64,000 nucleotides of DNA from Sedimentisphaerales bacterium. GTDB lineage: Bacteria > Planctomycetota > Phycisphaerae > Sedimentisphaerales > SM23-30. Under the pieces are notes generated by a model. It had not been told where the DNA came from. It saw nothing but the letters and a program-made list of their open reading frames with translations, and did not search any database. The stretch covers positions 96,001 to 160,000 of the forward strand of contig CAXXFK010000006.1 in the NCBI GenBank assembly GCA_963663965.2, read 5' to 3'. Made by a program: the position numbers and the translations under genes. Shown here one piece after another: positions 39,847-49,435 of the stretch. Position 1 is the first letter of the stretch. The number at the start of each line of letters is the position of its first letter.

Positions 39847-41196
39847 TTGAAGCTTACGGAAAGACAAATCAGCCTGTTAAAGAATACTTTTCTGGATTAT
39901 CAGCAGACATCGGCGTTTATAGAGGCCCCTTTGGTACTCGAGAAAGCGGAAGGATTGTATTACTGGGATGCCGATGGTAAACGTTATTTTGACGCGATAG
40001 GTGGTATATTTGTAGCGTCACTGGGGCATCGGCATCCGCGCGTAATCGAGGCGCTCAAGCGTCAGGCTGATATAATTACTTTCGCGCCGCCCCTGCATGG
40101 GATTGCCAATGTGACGCTTGATTTTATTGAGAAGCTGGGGGCAGTTACGCCGGAGAATCTGAATTATATTAAGCCGTATAGCGGCGGTTCGGAATCAGTG
40201 GAGAGCGCGCTGAAGTTTGTGCGTCAGTATTACAAGCAGACCGGGCATCCGGGTAAATACAAATTTATCTCGCGCTACTTCGGATATCATGGCAGCACTT
40301 ATGGCGCAATGGCGGCGAGCGGCACCGGGAAACGAAAGACCAAGTTTGAGCCCCAGATGGCGGGATTTTACAAAGTGCCGCCACCGACTTACTGGCGGGA
40401 TCGGTTTACTTCCTGGGAGGAGTGCAATCGATTTTCGGCGCAGGCGATCGAAGATGTGATCTTGAACGAAGATCCGGAAACGGTAGCGGGGGTGATTTTA
40501 GAGCCCGTGGGTAATACCGGTGGGGTCATTACTCCAACCCAGGAGTATTATCAACTGGTGCGACAGATTTGCGATCAGTATCATGTCAAGCTGATCTTCG
40601 ATGAGATTATTACTGGATTTGGCAAGACGGGAGCCATGTTCGCGGCCCAGACTTATGACGTGACACCCGATATCATTTGCAGCGGCAAGGGTTTATCCAG
40701 TGGGGTGTTGCCGTTGGGTGCGATGATGGCGCGTGAGGAAATGGGGGATGCTTTTTATGGTGAAGCTGAAGCGGATGTGCAATTCGCGCACGGCAATACA
40801 TTCGCGGGCAATCCGCTGGCATGTGCTGTTGGGATGGCAGTGATCGATGAGATTGTGGAGAAGCGACTGGATCGAAAGGCACAAAATCTGGGGGCGTATC
40901 TGTTTGGCAAGCTGGAACGACTTAAGAAATATGAGGTGGTGCGTGAAGTACGCGGCAAGGGGATCCTGCTGGGCGTGGAACTGGTGCGGGATACCCTGAC
41001 GAACCAACCGTTTCCCGAATTGGGCAAGGCATTGAAGCGGACCAGTTTAGAGAACGGATTGATATTACGCGTGGATCCAAGCTGGTTTGCGGTGGCACCG
41101 GCCCTGATCGCGGAAGAATCCGATCTGGATGAGATGGTGGATCTGATCGACAAGAGTTTGAAGCAGGCGCTCGATCTTGTAAGACAAAGATCGTAA
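39847..41196 (+). CDS. Class III PLP aminotransferase
   Basis: SGGSESVE, GYHGST, ILEPV, FDEIITGFGKTG, SGKG, HGNTFAGNP. Confidence 0.93.
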   Translation: MKLTERQISLLKNTFLDYQQTSAFIEAPLVLEKAEGLYYWDADGKRYFDAIGGIFVASLGHRHPRVIEALKRQADIITFAPPLHGIANVTLDFIEKLGAVTPENLNYIKPYSGGSESVESALKFVRQYYKQTGHPGKYKFISRYFGYHGSTYGAMAASGTGKRKTKFEPQMAGFYKVPPPTYWRDRFTSWEECNRFSAQAIEDVILNEDPETVAGVILEPVGNTGGVITPTQEYYQLVRQICDQYHVKLIFDEIITGFGKTGAMFAAQTYDVTPDIICSGKGLSSGVLPLGAMMAREEMGDAFYGEAEADVQFAHGNTFAGNPLACAVGMAVIDEIVEKRLDRKAQNLGAYLFGKLERLKKYEVVREVRGKGILLGVELVRDTLTNQPFPELGKALKRTSLENGLILRVDPSWFAVAPALIAEESDLDEMVDLIDKSLKQALDLVRQRS

Positions 41197-41267
41197 CCAG
41201 CGAGTCCGTTTTGTCTCACTTTGTGATCAGCATTAACCGAAGGGGTCCCAAAGAGACTTATCTCTCT

Positions 41268-42667
41268 CCTGTGAGTGCCAAAATTAATGTCCCATAATTT
41301 CCATGAATACAGACACTTAAATAACGTTCGGATGAACCTAAATGCGGATTTCTTGCTGATTTGATAGATTTTGGGACTATGAAACAGCGGATATGGATCA
41401 CCTTGTGACGTATATGGCCTACTGCATCAATAAAGAACTCTATCAGGCGATTGAGTATCTCAAAACTCAGGTGGAAGTCTTGATTGAACAACAGGAGCAA
41501 CAGAACAAACGCATTCTGTTGACCAATCCTCAACGGACAAGAATGGCAGCTAAGGCTAAACAACTCAGTCGAAAGATGCTGGAACAATGTACGGTATTGT
41601 TTACCCCCGACACGGTGATGCGATGGTATCATAAACTGATCGCAGAAAAGTATGATGGCACTAAGCAGCGTGGCAAGCCGGGGCGACCACAAATCTGTTA
41701 GGACATTATCCAGCTGGTCATTCAAATGAAGCAGGAGAATCTCCGCTGGGGTTATCAGAAGATTACTGATCAGGTTGTGTACCTGGGTTATGAAATCAGT
41801 AAGTCCACAGTCAAAAATATTCTGTTTGAAAATGGTTTCGATCCTGAACCGGATTTAACCATCCGATCCGCCTGGCATGAATTTATCAGAAGTCATTGGG
41901 AGGTATTGGCCGCCTGCGACTTTTTCACGATGGAGCTTCTCGTGGACACTAAACTGGTCCGTTGCACGGTTTTCTTTGTGATAGAGCTGGCTTCCCGGAG
42001 AATCTGTTTTGCACCCATCAAGCTTCAGCCGGATGGCCCGTATATGCGTCAGGTGGCCCGGATTTTAACCGATAGTGATCAGGGCTTCCTGAATGGTAAA
42101 CGCTATCTAATCCATGATCGGGATCCGTTGTATGCCTCTGAGGGATTTGTTGAGCTCTTAAAAGGCTCAGGAGTCCAGACCCTGAAGTTGCCGGCCCGAA
42201 GTCCAGATTTAAATTGCTACTCGGAACGCTTCGTGAAATCCGTCAAATCCGAATGTTTAGATCACCTGCTATTGTCATCGGTTGAGCAACTGAAATATGT
42301 TCTGACCCAATATGAAAAATACTATCATCACGAGAGAATTCATCAATCATTGGGAAGAATCATTGATCCAAAGCATCCGGTGGATGGCACCTCAGAGATT
42401 CAGTGCATAGAGCGACTGGGTGGATTGCTGAAATCGTATCATCGATTGGCGGGTTAAGTCTTTATCATTTCGACAGATCCTCCCTAATTGCAGATAGAAT
42501 CTGCGCTCAGGGAATACATTTCAATGGCGGATCAATTCTAAGGTTATTTACTCGCCACTTTCACTCTTAATGGTCGAGTGAAAACGCTCCAATTTCGGCT
42601 GATTTTCTGAAAACTAACTGGTCGTATGAACATAAATTTAACTGCGGATGAATTTTTGCGCTGTAAG
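41268..42667 (+). mobile_element. rve/integrase-core IS (IS481/IS3-like, family uncertain), full-length but defective
   Basis: Ends CCTGTGAGTGCCAAAATT / AATTTTTGCGCTGTAAG; homologous ends at 12570 and 14647; no TSD recognised. Confidence 0.75.
41389..42457 (+). pseudogene. rve-domain DDE transposase with frameshift and nonsense codon
   Basis: One C missing at ~41401 relative to the 12681 copy; in-frame TAG at 41699-41701; ACDFF, LIHDRD, PARSPDLNCYSERFVKSVKSECLD, YHHERIHQSL. Confidence 0.85.
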
Positions 42668-42737
42668 AGATGCGCCGGAAGTGGAATGTATTGGGAAGGG
42701 AAAGGCTCATAAGCAATATAAGTTTGGTTGTAAAGTC

Positions 42738-42787
42738 AGTGTCTGTTTTCAAGGAAATTATGGAATGTTAATTTTTGCGCCATAAGG
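42738..42787 (-). mobile_element. Isolated inverted left end of the same rve IS
   Basis: Reverse complement CCTTATGGCGCAAAAATTAACATTCCATAATTTCCTTGAAAACAGACACT matches the left ends at 12570 and 41268. Confidence 0.75.
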
Positions 42788-42835
42788 CCTCATTTTAATC
42801 TTGCGGTATGCCTTTTGGGTGGAAAAAACATGTTT

Positions 42836-43702
42836 TCATTTTGTGCGGTCTCTACGCATCTGCTGAAACTTGGCAGGGGATTCGCTGGTAATTTTCTTGA
42901 AGATTCGGCTGAAGTAGTTCCGATTGGGAAAGCCTGTTGATAGCGCTATCTGGTCGATCGTTTCATTGCTGTGGAGCAGTAAATGGGATGCCTGTTTGAT
43001 GCGGATCTGGGTAACATAGGCTGCCGGTGAGGTTCCGAGGTGGTTTCTAAACATTTTTGAAAGCCCTTCGATACTCATGCAGGCTATTTCAGCCAGATGT
43101 GAATTGGACAGATTCCGGCCGGTGTTTCTTTCGATATACTGCAACAGTTCTTTAAGTATCCCTGGCCGGTCTTTCATCCAAAGGATGTCCGAATGGGCCA
43201 TGACCACATTCAGCAGGGCAAGGCTGTTACGGTAAATGGCATCTGTTGGCTCATAATTCGTGTTTTGGGCAATCAGTTTTTTGATGTCGCCAATCAGGGA
43301 TAATTCCGTTTTTGTCGGTTTAACTAGAATGGGCAGGGCCTGGGTTGGGCTGACCGAGAGGTTTACGCTGAATGATATCCAAAAGGTTGGAACCGGGTTG
43401 GCTCCAAGGCAATGAAAGAGCTGGTGGTCCGGGATCAGCATGATGTGGTCAGGAGTGATCTCATGGAACTCATCGCCAAAACTTACGCAATGGCCGGATT
43501 TTGAATTGTAATAGAGTCGCCAGAACGGACTGAATACGCTGGGGAAATTCCAGTCTTTGTTGTCGGGTAAAAAGCCGGCTTCATGTATCAGTAAACCGGT
43601 ATGGTCAAATTCTATTCCCAGGGGGTAATATTCTATGCCCACACCGGAAAAGGGTTGGCTGTACGCCCCAATATTGATTCGCGTAAGTGCAGAATAAGAC
43701 AT
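42836..43702 (-). CDS. AraC-family transcriptional regulator
   Basis: SPFWRLYYN N-terminal domain; LAEIACMS..RIKQASHLL..IALSTGFPNRNYFSRIFKK. Confidence 0.92.
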   Translation of the reverse strand: MSYSALTRINIGAYSQPFSGVGIEYYPLGIEFDHTGLLIHEAGFLPDNKDWNFPSVFSPFWRLYYNSKSGHCVSFGDEFHEITPDHIMLIPDHQLFHCLGANPVPTFWISFSVNLSVSPTQALPILVKPTKTELSLIGDIKKLIAQNTNYEPTDAIYRNSLALLNVVMAHSDILWMKDRPGILKELLQYIERNTGRNLSNSHLAEIACMSIEGLSKMFRNHLGTSPAAYVTQIRIKQASHLLLHSNETIDQIALSTGFPNRNYFSRIFKKITSESPAKFQQMRRDRTK

Positions 43703-43829
43703 AAACTATAATATACCAGACATAGATTTTCGTGTCAAGATCTATTATACTTGATTCTGGAAAGGTTCGATGCCACGATTGGACCTGGCGTTTCACTTGA
43801 TTGAAAAATCCACAAATCTGGAGATTGAA

Positions 43830-44168
43830 ATGAAGCGTTATGGAAGTGTTGTTCAGGTCAAAGCAGAAAAACTGGATGAGTATGTAAAACTGCACGCGGA
43901 TGTCTGGCCCGGAGTTCTCAGTATGATCAAAGCATGCCATATCCGGAACTATTCGATTTATCTGCGAAAACTCCCCGACGGCAAGTACTATTTATTCAGT
44001 TATTTTGAATACACGGGACAGGACTTCGACGCGGACATGAAAAAAATGGCCGCAGACGAAACCACAAATAAATGGTGGGAAGTCAGCAAGCCGTGCCACG
44101 AACCGTTGCCTGACCGCGCTGAAGGTGAATGGTGGGCGTCGATGGAAGAGGTGTTTCACTCGGATTGA
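43830..44168 (+). CDS. rhaM: L-rhamnose mutarotase family
   Basis: EYVKLHADVWP, IRNYSIYL, LFSYFEY, KWW, MEEVFHSD; GGAG RBS before 43830. Confidence 0.88.
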   Translation: MKRYGSVVQVKAEKLDEYVKLHADVWPGVLSMIKACHIRNYSIYLRKLPDGKYYLFSYFEYTGQDFDADMKKMAADETTNKWWEVSKPCHEPLPDRAEGEWWASMEEVFHSD

Positions 44169-44216
44169 GCGAGCGTTCCGTATGCAATGTTCAGATAATC
44201 AATAGAGAAAATACTA

Positions 44217-45293
44217 ATGATAGGCATCACTCCCAATCCATTGCTGGGCACAGGGCTTCACGGAATCGGCGCGATACTGGCGGCAAACTGCTACGCGCCG
44301 CAGAAACTGATCCGCCGCTGGTCATGGGAAATTTTCTGGATGGTGCAGGCGGCCTGGTGCTGGCTGTTGTGGCCGGTGATCGGGGCGATCCTGACGATTC
44401 CGGATCTACCCAAAGTAATGACTGATGCCGTCCGGGAATGCCCAATGGCGCTGGTGTGGTCGTTTTTGTTCAGCATGGCCTATGGTGTAGGTGTTATCGC
44501 ATTCAATTTGTCCATTCGATATATCGGTTTTGCGCTGACCTATGCCATTGCGGTGGGGCTTTCGGCAATATTGGGTACTCTGGTGCCGCCGTTGGTTCGC
44601 GGCAAGTTTGGAGCCATTTTATCAACAAACGGATCAGGCTGGGTCTTGGCCGGTGTGGCGGTCGGTGCGCTGGGGATCGCAGTCTGTGGTATTGCTGGAC
44701 GGTTCAAGGAACGCGATCTGACCGCGCAAAGTGCCGAAAACAGCCAGTTTAACCTGCTCAAAGGATTGGGCCTGTCGCTGGTGGCCGGCGGACTTTCGGC
44801 GGTTTATGGTTTTGCCCTGAATGTGGCCGGCCCGGTCGCCGACATCGCCGAGTCTTACGGGGCCGGACACTGGAAGGGAAATGTGATTTATCTGACCGCC
44901 AATACCGGCGCGTTTGTCACCTCAATGATTTATTGTTTGTTTCTGGCTGCTAGGAATCGTTCGTTCGGCGAATTTGTCCGTCTGCAAGATGGTACCCGGA
45001 GCGCCGGTCTGTGGAGCAATTATATCCTGGCTGTAATGACCGGCACGCTGTGGTACGGTCAGTTTTTCTTTTATAATCTGGGTCATGTGCGCATGGGCCA
45101 CTATGCATTCACAAGCTGGGCCATACATATGATCTTGCTGGTGCTGTTCAGCAATATGACCGGCATTGTCTTTCGCGAGTGGAAAGGATGCCTGTTGCGC
45201 ACGCGTATCGCGATTACGGCCGGTCTGCTGGTGCTGATCGTCTCGGTGCTGTTGGTGACTTATGGAAACAACCTTGGCCAACATGCGGGCTGA
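44217..45293 (+). CDS. rhaT: L-rhamnose/proton symporter RhaT family
   Basis: YAPQK..WSWEIFW, RYIGFALTYAIAVG, LWYGQFFFY, SWAIHM, FREWKG. Confidence 0.85.
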   Translation: MIGITPNPLLGTGLHGIGAILAANCYAPQKLIRRWSWEIFWMVQAAWCWLLWPVIGAILTIPDLPKVMTDAVRECPMALVWSFLFSMAYGVGVIAFNLSIRYIGFALTYAIAVGLSAILGTLVPPLVRGKFGAILSTNGSGWVLAGVAVGALGIAVCGIAGRFKERDLTAQSAENSQFNLLKGLGLSLVAGGLSAVYGFALNVAGPVADIAESYGAGHWKGNVIYLTANTGAFVTSMIYCLFLAARNRSFGEFVRLQDGTRSAGLWSNYILAVMTGTLWYGQFFFYNLGHVRMGHYAFTSWAIHMILLVLFSNMTGIVFREWKGCLLRTRIAITAGLLVLIVSVLLVTYGNNLGQHAG

Positions 45294-45349
45294 CAGAGTA
45301 GGGGGGTGGATTGGACTTGATAAAAACACAATGATTTGGAGATATTCAC

Positions 45350-46545
45350 ATGGGCATGTTTGATACAGTTGGAAAGAACGGTCCGGCTCTGGACCGCAAC
45401 GACAATACGCTTAAAAAGCTGAAACGCATAAAAACAGCTTTGAGCCATCAAGAACCCGATCGTGTGCCGATCAGCGATTTTTTCTGGGGCGGTTTGTCAA
45501 ACGCTGGCGAGCGGAGTTGGGACTGCCCCAGGATGCGAATCCGTACTATTATTACGATCTGGATTGGATCGTGACGGTGCCGAATATGGATCCGAAAATT
45601 CAGTCGTTTGAAATGCTGAAAGAAGATGATAATGAGGTCGTTGTCAAGACCGGCTATCGTGCCACTTTGCGTAAAAAATTTGACGCGCCGATGCCGGAAT
45701 TTATCGGTTTCGATACGGACTCGATCGACAAACTCGAAGCGTTTGAGTTTGACGACGCCTATGACAGGCGTCGCTACTACGAAGCCGGTGACAACCAGAT
45801 CGCCGGGGTCGGGGACGGGTTCGAAAGAAATTCGCCCGCGTGGATCGAAACGGTAAAATCTCTGTATCCAGACTTTCCGGTATTCGGCAGTATTACCGAA
45901 GTTAATGAGTGCCTGACCCGGTTGATCGGCCCGGAAAACAGCATGCTTTGGATTGGCATGTATCCGGACAGAATGGGCCGGCAGATCAATCGCATCGGTC
46001 AGTTTTATCTGGACTGCGCCAAAGCGCAGATCGACGCGGCCGGCAATATGCTCGACGGATTTGTCATCTGGGGAGATATCGCCTATCGCAACGATATGTT
46101 TTTCTCGCCTGATTACTGGCGCGAATATTTCAAACCGTGGGTAAAGGCGATTGCGGATTATATGCATTTAAAAGGATTGATGGTTATTTATCACGGTTGT
46201 GGAAATATCAATAAAATTTTCAAGGATTTCATTGAAATCGGAATCGACGCAATGAATCCGCTGGAAGCCAAGGCGGATCTGGATGTCGTTGAATTGCGGC
46301 AGAAATATGGACAAACCTTTGGTGTTTGCGGAAACAGCAACATCCAAATCTGGGAATCGGGCGATCGAGACGCGATTCGCAAGGAAGTCCTGCGCAAGCT
46401 GAACGCAGCCAGAGGGGGGGGGTATATCTTCCAGTCCGATCATTCGGTGGCCAGTGATGTGTCCGGCCAAACCTACGATTATATTGTCAAACTGGTTCGT
46501 GAATATGGAAGCTATCCGCTTAATCTGGATAAACTTGTTTTTTGA
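45350..46545 (+). CDS. URO-D/MtaA-CmuA-like family protein, split by one frameshift (pseudogene or sequence error)
   Basis: EPDRVPISDFFWG continues as GFVKRWRAELGLP if one T is added at 45493-45495; WGDIAY, YHGCGN, NPLEAKA, GGYIFQSDHSV. Confidence 0.85.
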
Positions 46546-46581
46546 ATGTCAAGCCTGGATTGGCCTGCCATACCCATCGGA

Positions 46582-46664
46582 TACGATTCTGTCCGGCCAC
46601 GTGGCGGGAAATGGTGCAACGCGGCCATTCTTCTCACGGTTCGACGGACAAAAGCAATCGTGAA
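46582..46664 (+). repeat. Structured intergenic element, copy 1
   Basis: Core 46605-46639 is 31/35 identical to 59131-59165; folds as a long imperfect hairpin. Confidence 0.65.
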
Positions 46665-46700
46665 AACCATGTAAAAATTTACGTACGAAAAGGAATTAAA

Positions 46701-49415
46701 ATGAAGCTACGGCGATCATTATTCGTGTTGTTCATGCTGGCTGTCTTATCTTCCATTGGGAAGACCATGGCTTATGATTTCTCATCCTATAGCATCACCT
46801 GGGATACGCCATCTCGGGATTCCCTGGATTCCATGCCTCTGTCCGGCCGTCTTGGGGCCGGCGCAAACGTCTGGGTTCAGGATGGTTCAATCTGGCTTTA
46901 CCTGGCCCACAGCGGGGCATTCGATGAGCGGGGGCGCTTACTCAAGCTGGGCTGCGTGCGTCTTACTCCCCAAGGTGTCGATCTTGGCGAAACCGGTTTT
47001 TCCCAGACTCTCGATTCCGGCACCGGTACGATCACAATTGTTCAGTGCGACTTCAAGGCCAAACTCTGGTTTGCTGGCGCGACACTGGTTTTTGAGGCGG
47101 AATCAGCAACCGCCCATCCGCTCGAGGTGGCCTATGGTACCTGGCGGGAGAAAACCAGGGAAGGCATCCGCAATGACATGATGGGTGCAAAGGCCACCTT
47201 TTTGGGCGACCATGTTAAGGCCTCTCCCAGTGGTTTTCTCGCCTTTCATCGCAATTCCGATGACGCTATCGACCTAGCCGGGAAGGCCCGGGGCCAGGGG
47301 ATCGCACCCGAATCCCTACCTGATGTCACTGCCCGCCGGATTTCCGGTTCTGCTATTGCCATCGAGGGCGGCCTGATCGGCCAACCGTCCGAAGCCGCGG
47401 TATGCTGGCAGTTTTGGGATGGGAAGGCCTGGACCGGCATGACTCTGGCACGCCGGCAGCATGTCGTTACCATGCGCCTGGCCGCCGCGGTCGATGCCGA
47501 TCCGGAGAAATGGACAGCCGAAGTCAAGGCGATGCTGGATCCCGCGCAGCGCAAGGCCGCCAAGGCCGACGAACTGAAACGCTGGGAGGAATTCTGGTCG
47601 CGGAGCCATATTGTTATTAATTCCGGACAGGGCGGGTCCGATCCCGGTTTTCTCATCGGTCGCAACTACCAACTTTTTCGTTATATGCTTGCCTGCAACC
47701 GCGACGGTGAGCTGCCCCTGTTGTTCAATGGTGGCATTTTCACAGTCGATAACAACGGGCGTATAAAGGGCAACAACAACGATGAACTGCCCACCTTCGA
47801 GGGCGAGCCGGTTACCCCGGACTTCCGTCGCTGGATGGGATGCTATTTCATGTCCCAAAACCAGCGCTGGCTTGGCTGGCCCACCGTGGCCGCCGGTGAT
47901 AGCGACTTGCTTTCCCCGACCACCCGTTTCTACCGCGATCGTGCGGGTGTCGCCGCCGACCGTGCCAAAGAACAGAACGCAGAGGGTGTGGTTTATACCG
48001 AGCCGCTCGATATCTGGGGTCTTTGTCCGGTGGGTCCGCGACAGGATGGTCTTTGTGGCGCGACCCATCTGACCTACCACTTCTCGATGGGGTTGGAGAA
48101 CGCCTGGATGAACCTGCAGGCCCACTTTAACACCGGTTACCCGATCGATAAGGATCTCAAGTGGATGATCGGCACGGTTTGTTTCTATGACTCCTTCTAT
48201 CGCGTCGAGACCCGAAAGCGCACCGGCAAGGAGCTTGGCGATGACGGCAAGCTGCTGCTTTACCCGCTCAATGGATTGGAATATGCTTCCGGGGCCACCA
48301 ATTCAATCGATGCCGTCTGCGGACTTCGCCGGGTGACCGAAGGCCTGCTTAGTTATTCCAACTTACCGGTGGCCGACCGCGTCCGGCTCGAAAAGATCCA
48401 GGCCATCCTGCCGGAGATCCCCACCGGGATGCGCCAGGGACGCCTGTCTTTGCTGCCGGCCCGCTCAATGGAAGGAGAGTATAACAAGTGGGAACCGATC
48501 GAGATGTATGCTTACTGGCCCTACCGCCTGGTGGGGATCACGCAGCCTGACACCCTGCAATTGGCACGCGATACCTGGGAAACTGTCCCGGCCGACCGCG
48601 CGCGTCTGTGCAAGCAGGATTACTCGTGGATGGCCAATGTCGTGAACATGGCCGCGCTGGCCTGGCCGGAAAAGGCGAAGGATCGCGCGATTTACAAGAT
48701 GGCAAATACCGCCGCGCCGCAGGCCCGTTTTCCGGCATTTTTCGGTCCCGGTCATGACTGGCTGCCCGACCACAACTGGGGCGGCGCGGGTATGACGGGC
48801 ATTCAGGAGATGATTCTGGCTCCGGAACCGGGGCCGAACGGTAAACTGCACCTCTTTGCGGGTTGGCCGACGGAATGGGATGTGGATTTCAAACTGCACG
48901 CCCCCGGCCCGACGGTGGTCGAGGGCGCGCTTGAAGGCGGAAAACTCAAAGCACTCAAAGTCACCCCGGCATCGCGCGAGAAGGACATCGTCAACTGGCT
49001 GGGCCGACAGCCCGCCTATACACCTCCGCCCGTCCCGATCAGCGCCGGCAAACCCATTAAGGCTTCGAGCATCTTTGATGAGCCAGGTTATGATCCGGCC
49101 AGGGCGAATGATGGCGACCTGACCACGCGCTGGGCATCGGATTTTCAGGCCCGCTCCGGCTGGCTGGCCGTTGACCTCGGCAAGGAGGTGGAAATTGATC
49201 ATGTCTGGATTTCTGAAATTGAATGGCGTGAGACTCGTGAGTTTACCATTGAAGTCAAAACGGGAGATAGCTGGAAGGAGGTCGCCCGGGGAACCACGAT
49301 AGGCCCGGACAAGCGCATTGAGCTTACTGGGATCAAGGCGCGGGAGGTGCGGCTGAATGTTCACAAGGCGGAACGGCCGATCAATATCAATGAATTCCAG
49401 GTATTCAGTCGTTAA
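46701..49415 (+). CDS. DUF5703 / GH95-like (alpha/alpha)6 glycoside hydrolase with C-terminal F5/8 (CBM32)
   Basis: SMPLSG..GANVWVQDG, LLKLG, RNYQLFRYM, PDFRRW, RFPAFFGPGHDWLPDHNWGGAGM, DVDFKLHAP; ANDGDLTTRW..WLAVDLG; RBS before 46701. Confidence 0.8.
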   Translation: MKLRRSLFVLFMLAVLSSIGKTMAYDFSSYSITWDTPSRDSLDSMPLSGRLGAGANVWVQDGSIWLYLAHSGAFDERGRLLKLGCVRLTPQGVDLGETGFSQTLDSGTGTITIVQCDFKAKLWFAGATLVFEAESATAHPLEVAYGTWREKTREGIRNDMMGAKATFLGDHVKASPSGFLAFHRNSDDAIDLAGKARGQGIAPESLPDVTARRISGSAIAIEGGLIGQPSEAAVCWQFWDGKAWTGMTLARRQHVVTMRLAAAVDADPEKWTAEVKAMLDPAQRKAAKADELKRWEEFWSRSHIVINSGQGGSDPGFLIGRNYQLFRYMLACNRDGELPLLFNGGIFTVDNNGRIKGNNNDELPTFEGEPVTPDFRRWMGCYFMSQNQRWLGWPTVAAGDSDLLSPTTRFYRDRAGVAADRAKEQNAEGVVYTEPLDIWGLCPVGPRQDGLCGATHLTYHFSMGLENAWMNLQAHFNTGYPIDKDLKWMIGTVCFYDSFYRVETRKRTGKELGDDGKLLLYPLNGLEYASGATNSIDAVCGLRRVTEGLLSYSNLPVADRVRLEKIQAILPEIPTGMRQGRLSLLPARSMEGEYNKWEPIEMYAYWPYRLVGITQPDTLQLARDTWETVPADRARLCKQDYSWMANVVNMAALAWPEKAKDRAIYKMANTAAPQARFPAFFGPGHDWLPDHNWGGAGMTGIQEMILAPEPGPNGKLHLFAGWPTEWDVDFKLHAPGPTVVEGALEGGKLKALKVTPASREKDIVNWLGRQPAYTPPPVPISAGKPIKASSIFDEPGYDPARANDGDLTTRWASDFQARSGWLAVDLGKEVEIDHVWISEIEWRETREFTIEVKTGDSWKEVARGTTIGPDKRIELTGIKAREVRLNVHKAERPININEFQVFSR

Positions 49416-49435
49416 ACCATTGTAAGGAGCGTCTT

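Noticed and set aside
41699..41701. Pyrrolysine or amber readthrough, given a nearby MttB gene
   Set aside because: The TAG is in a transposase that also has a frameshift; the MttB has no internal TAG and no pyl genes are visible
47316..49364. Long antisense ORFs (e.g. 47316-48125, 48465-49364; also 18901-19581, 52239-52967, 59757-60500)
   Set aside because: Shadow frames opposite well-supported GC-rich genes; no motifs
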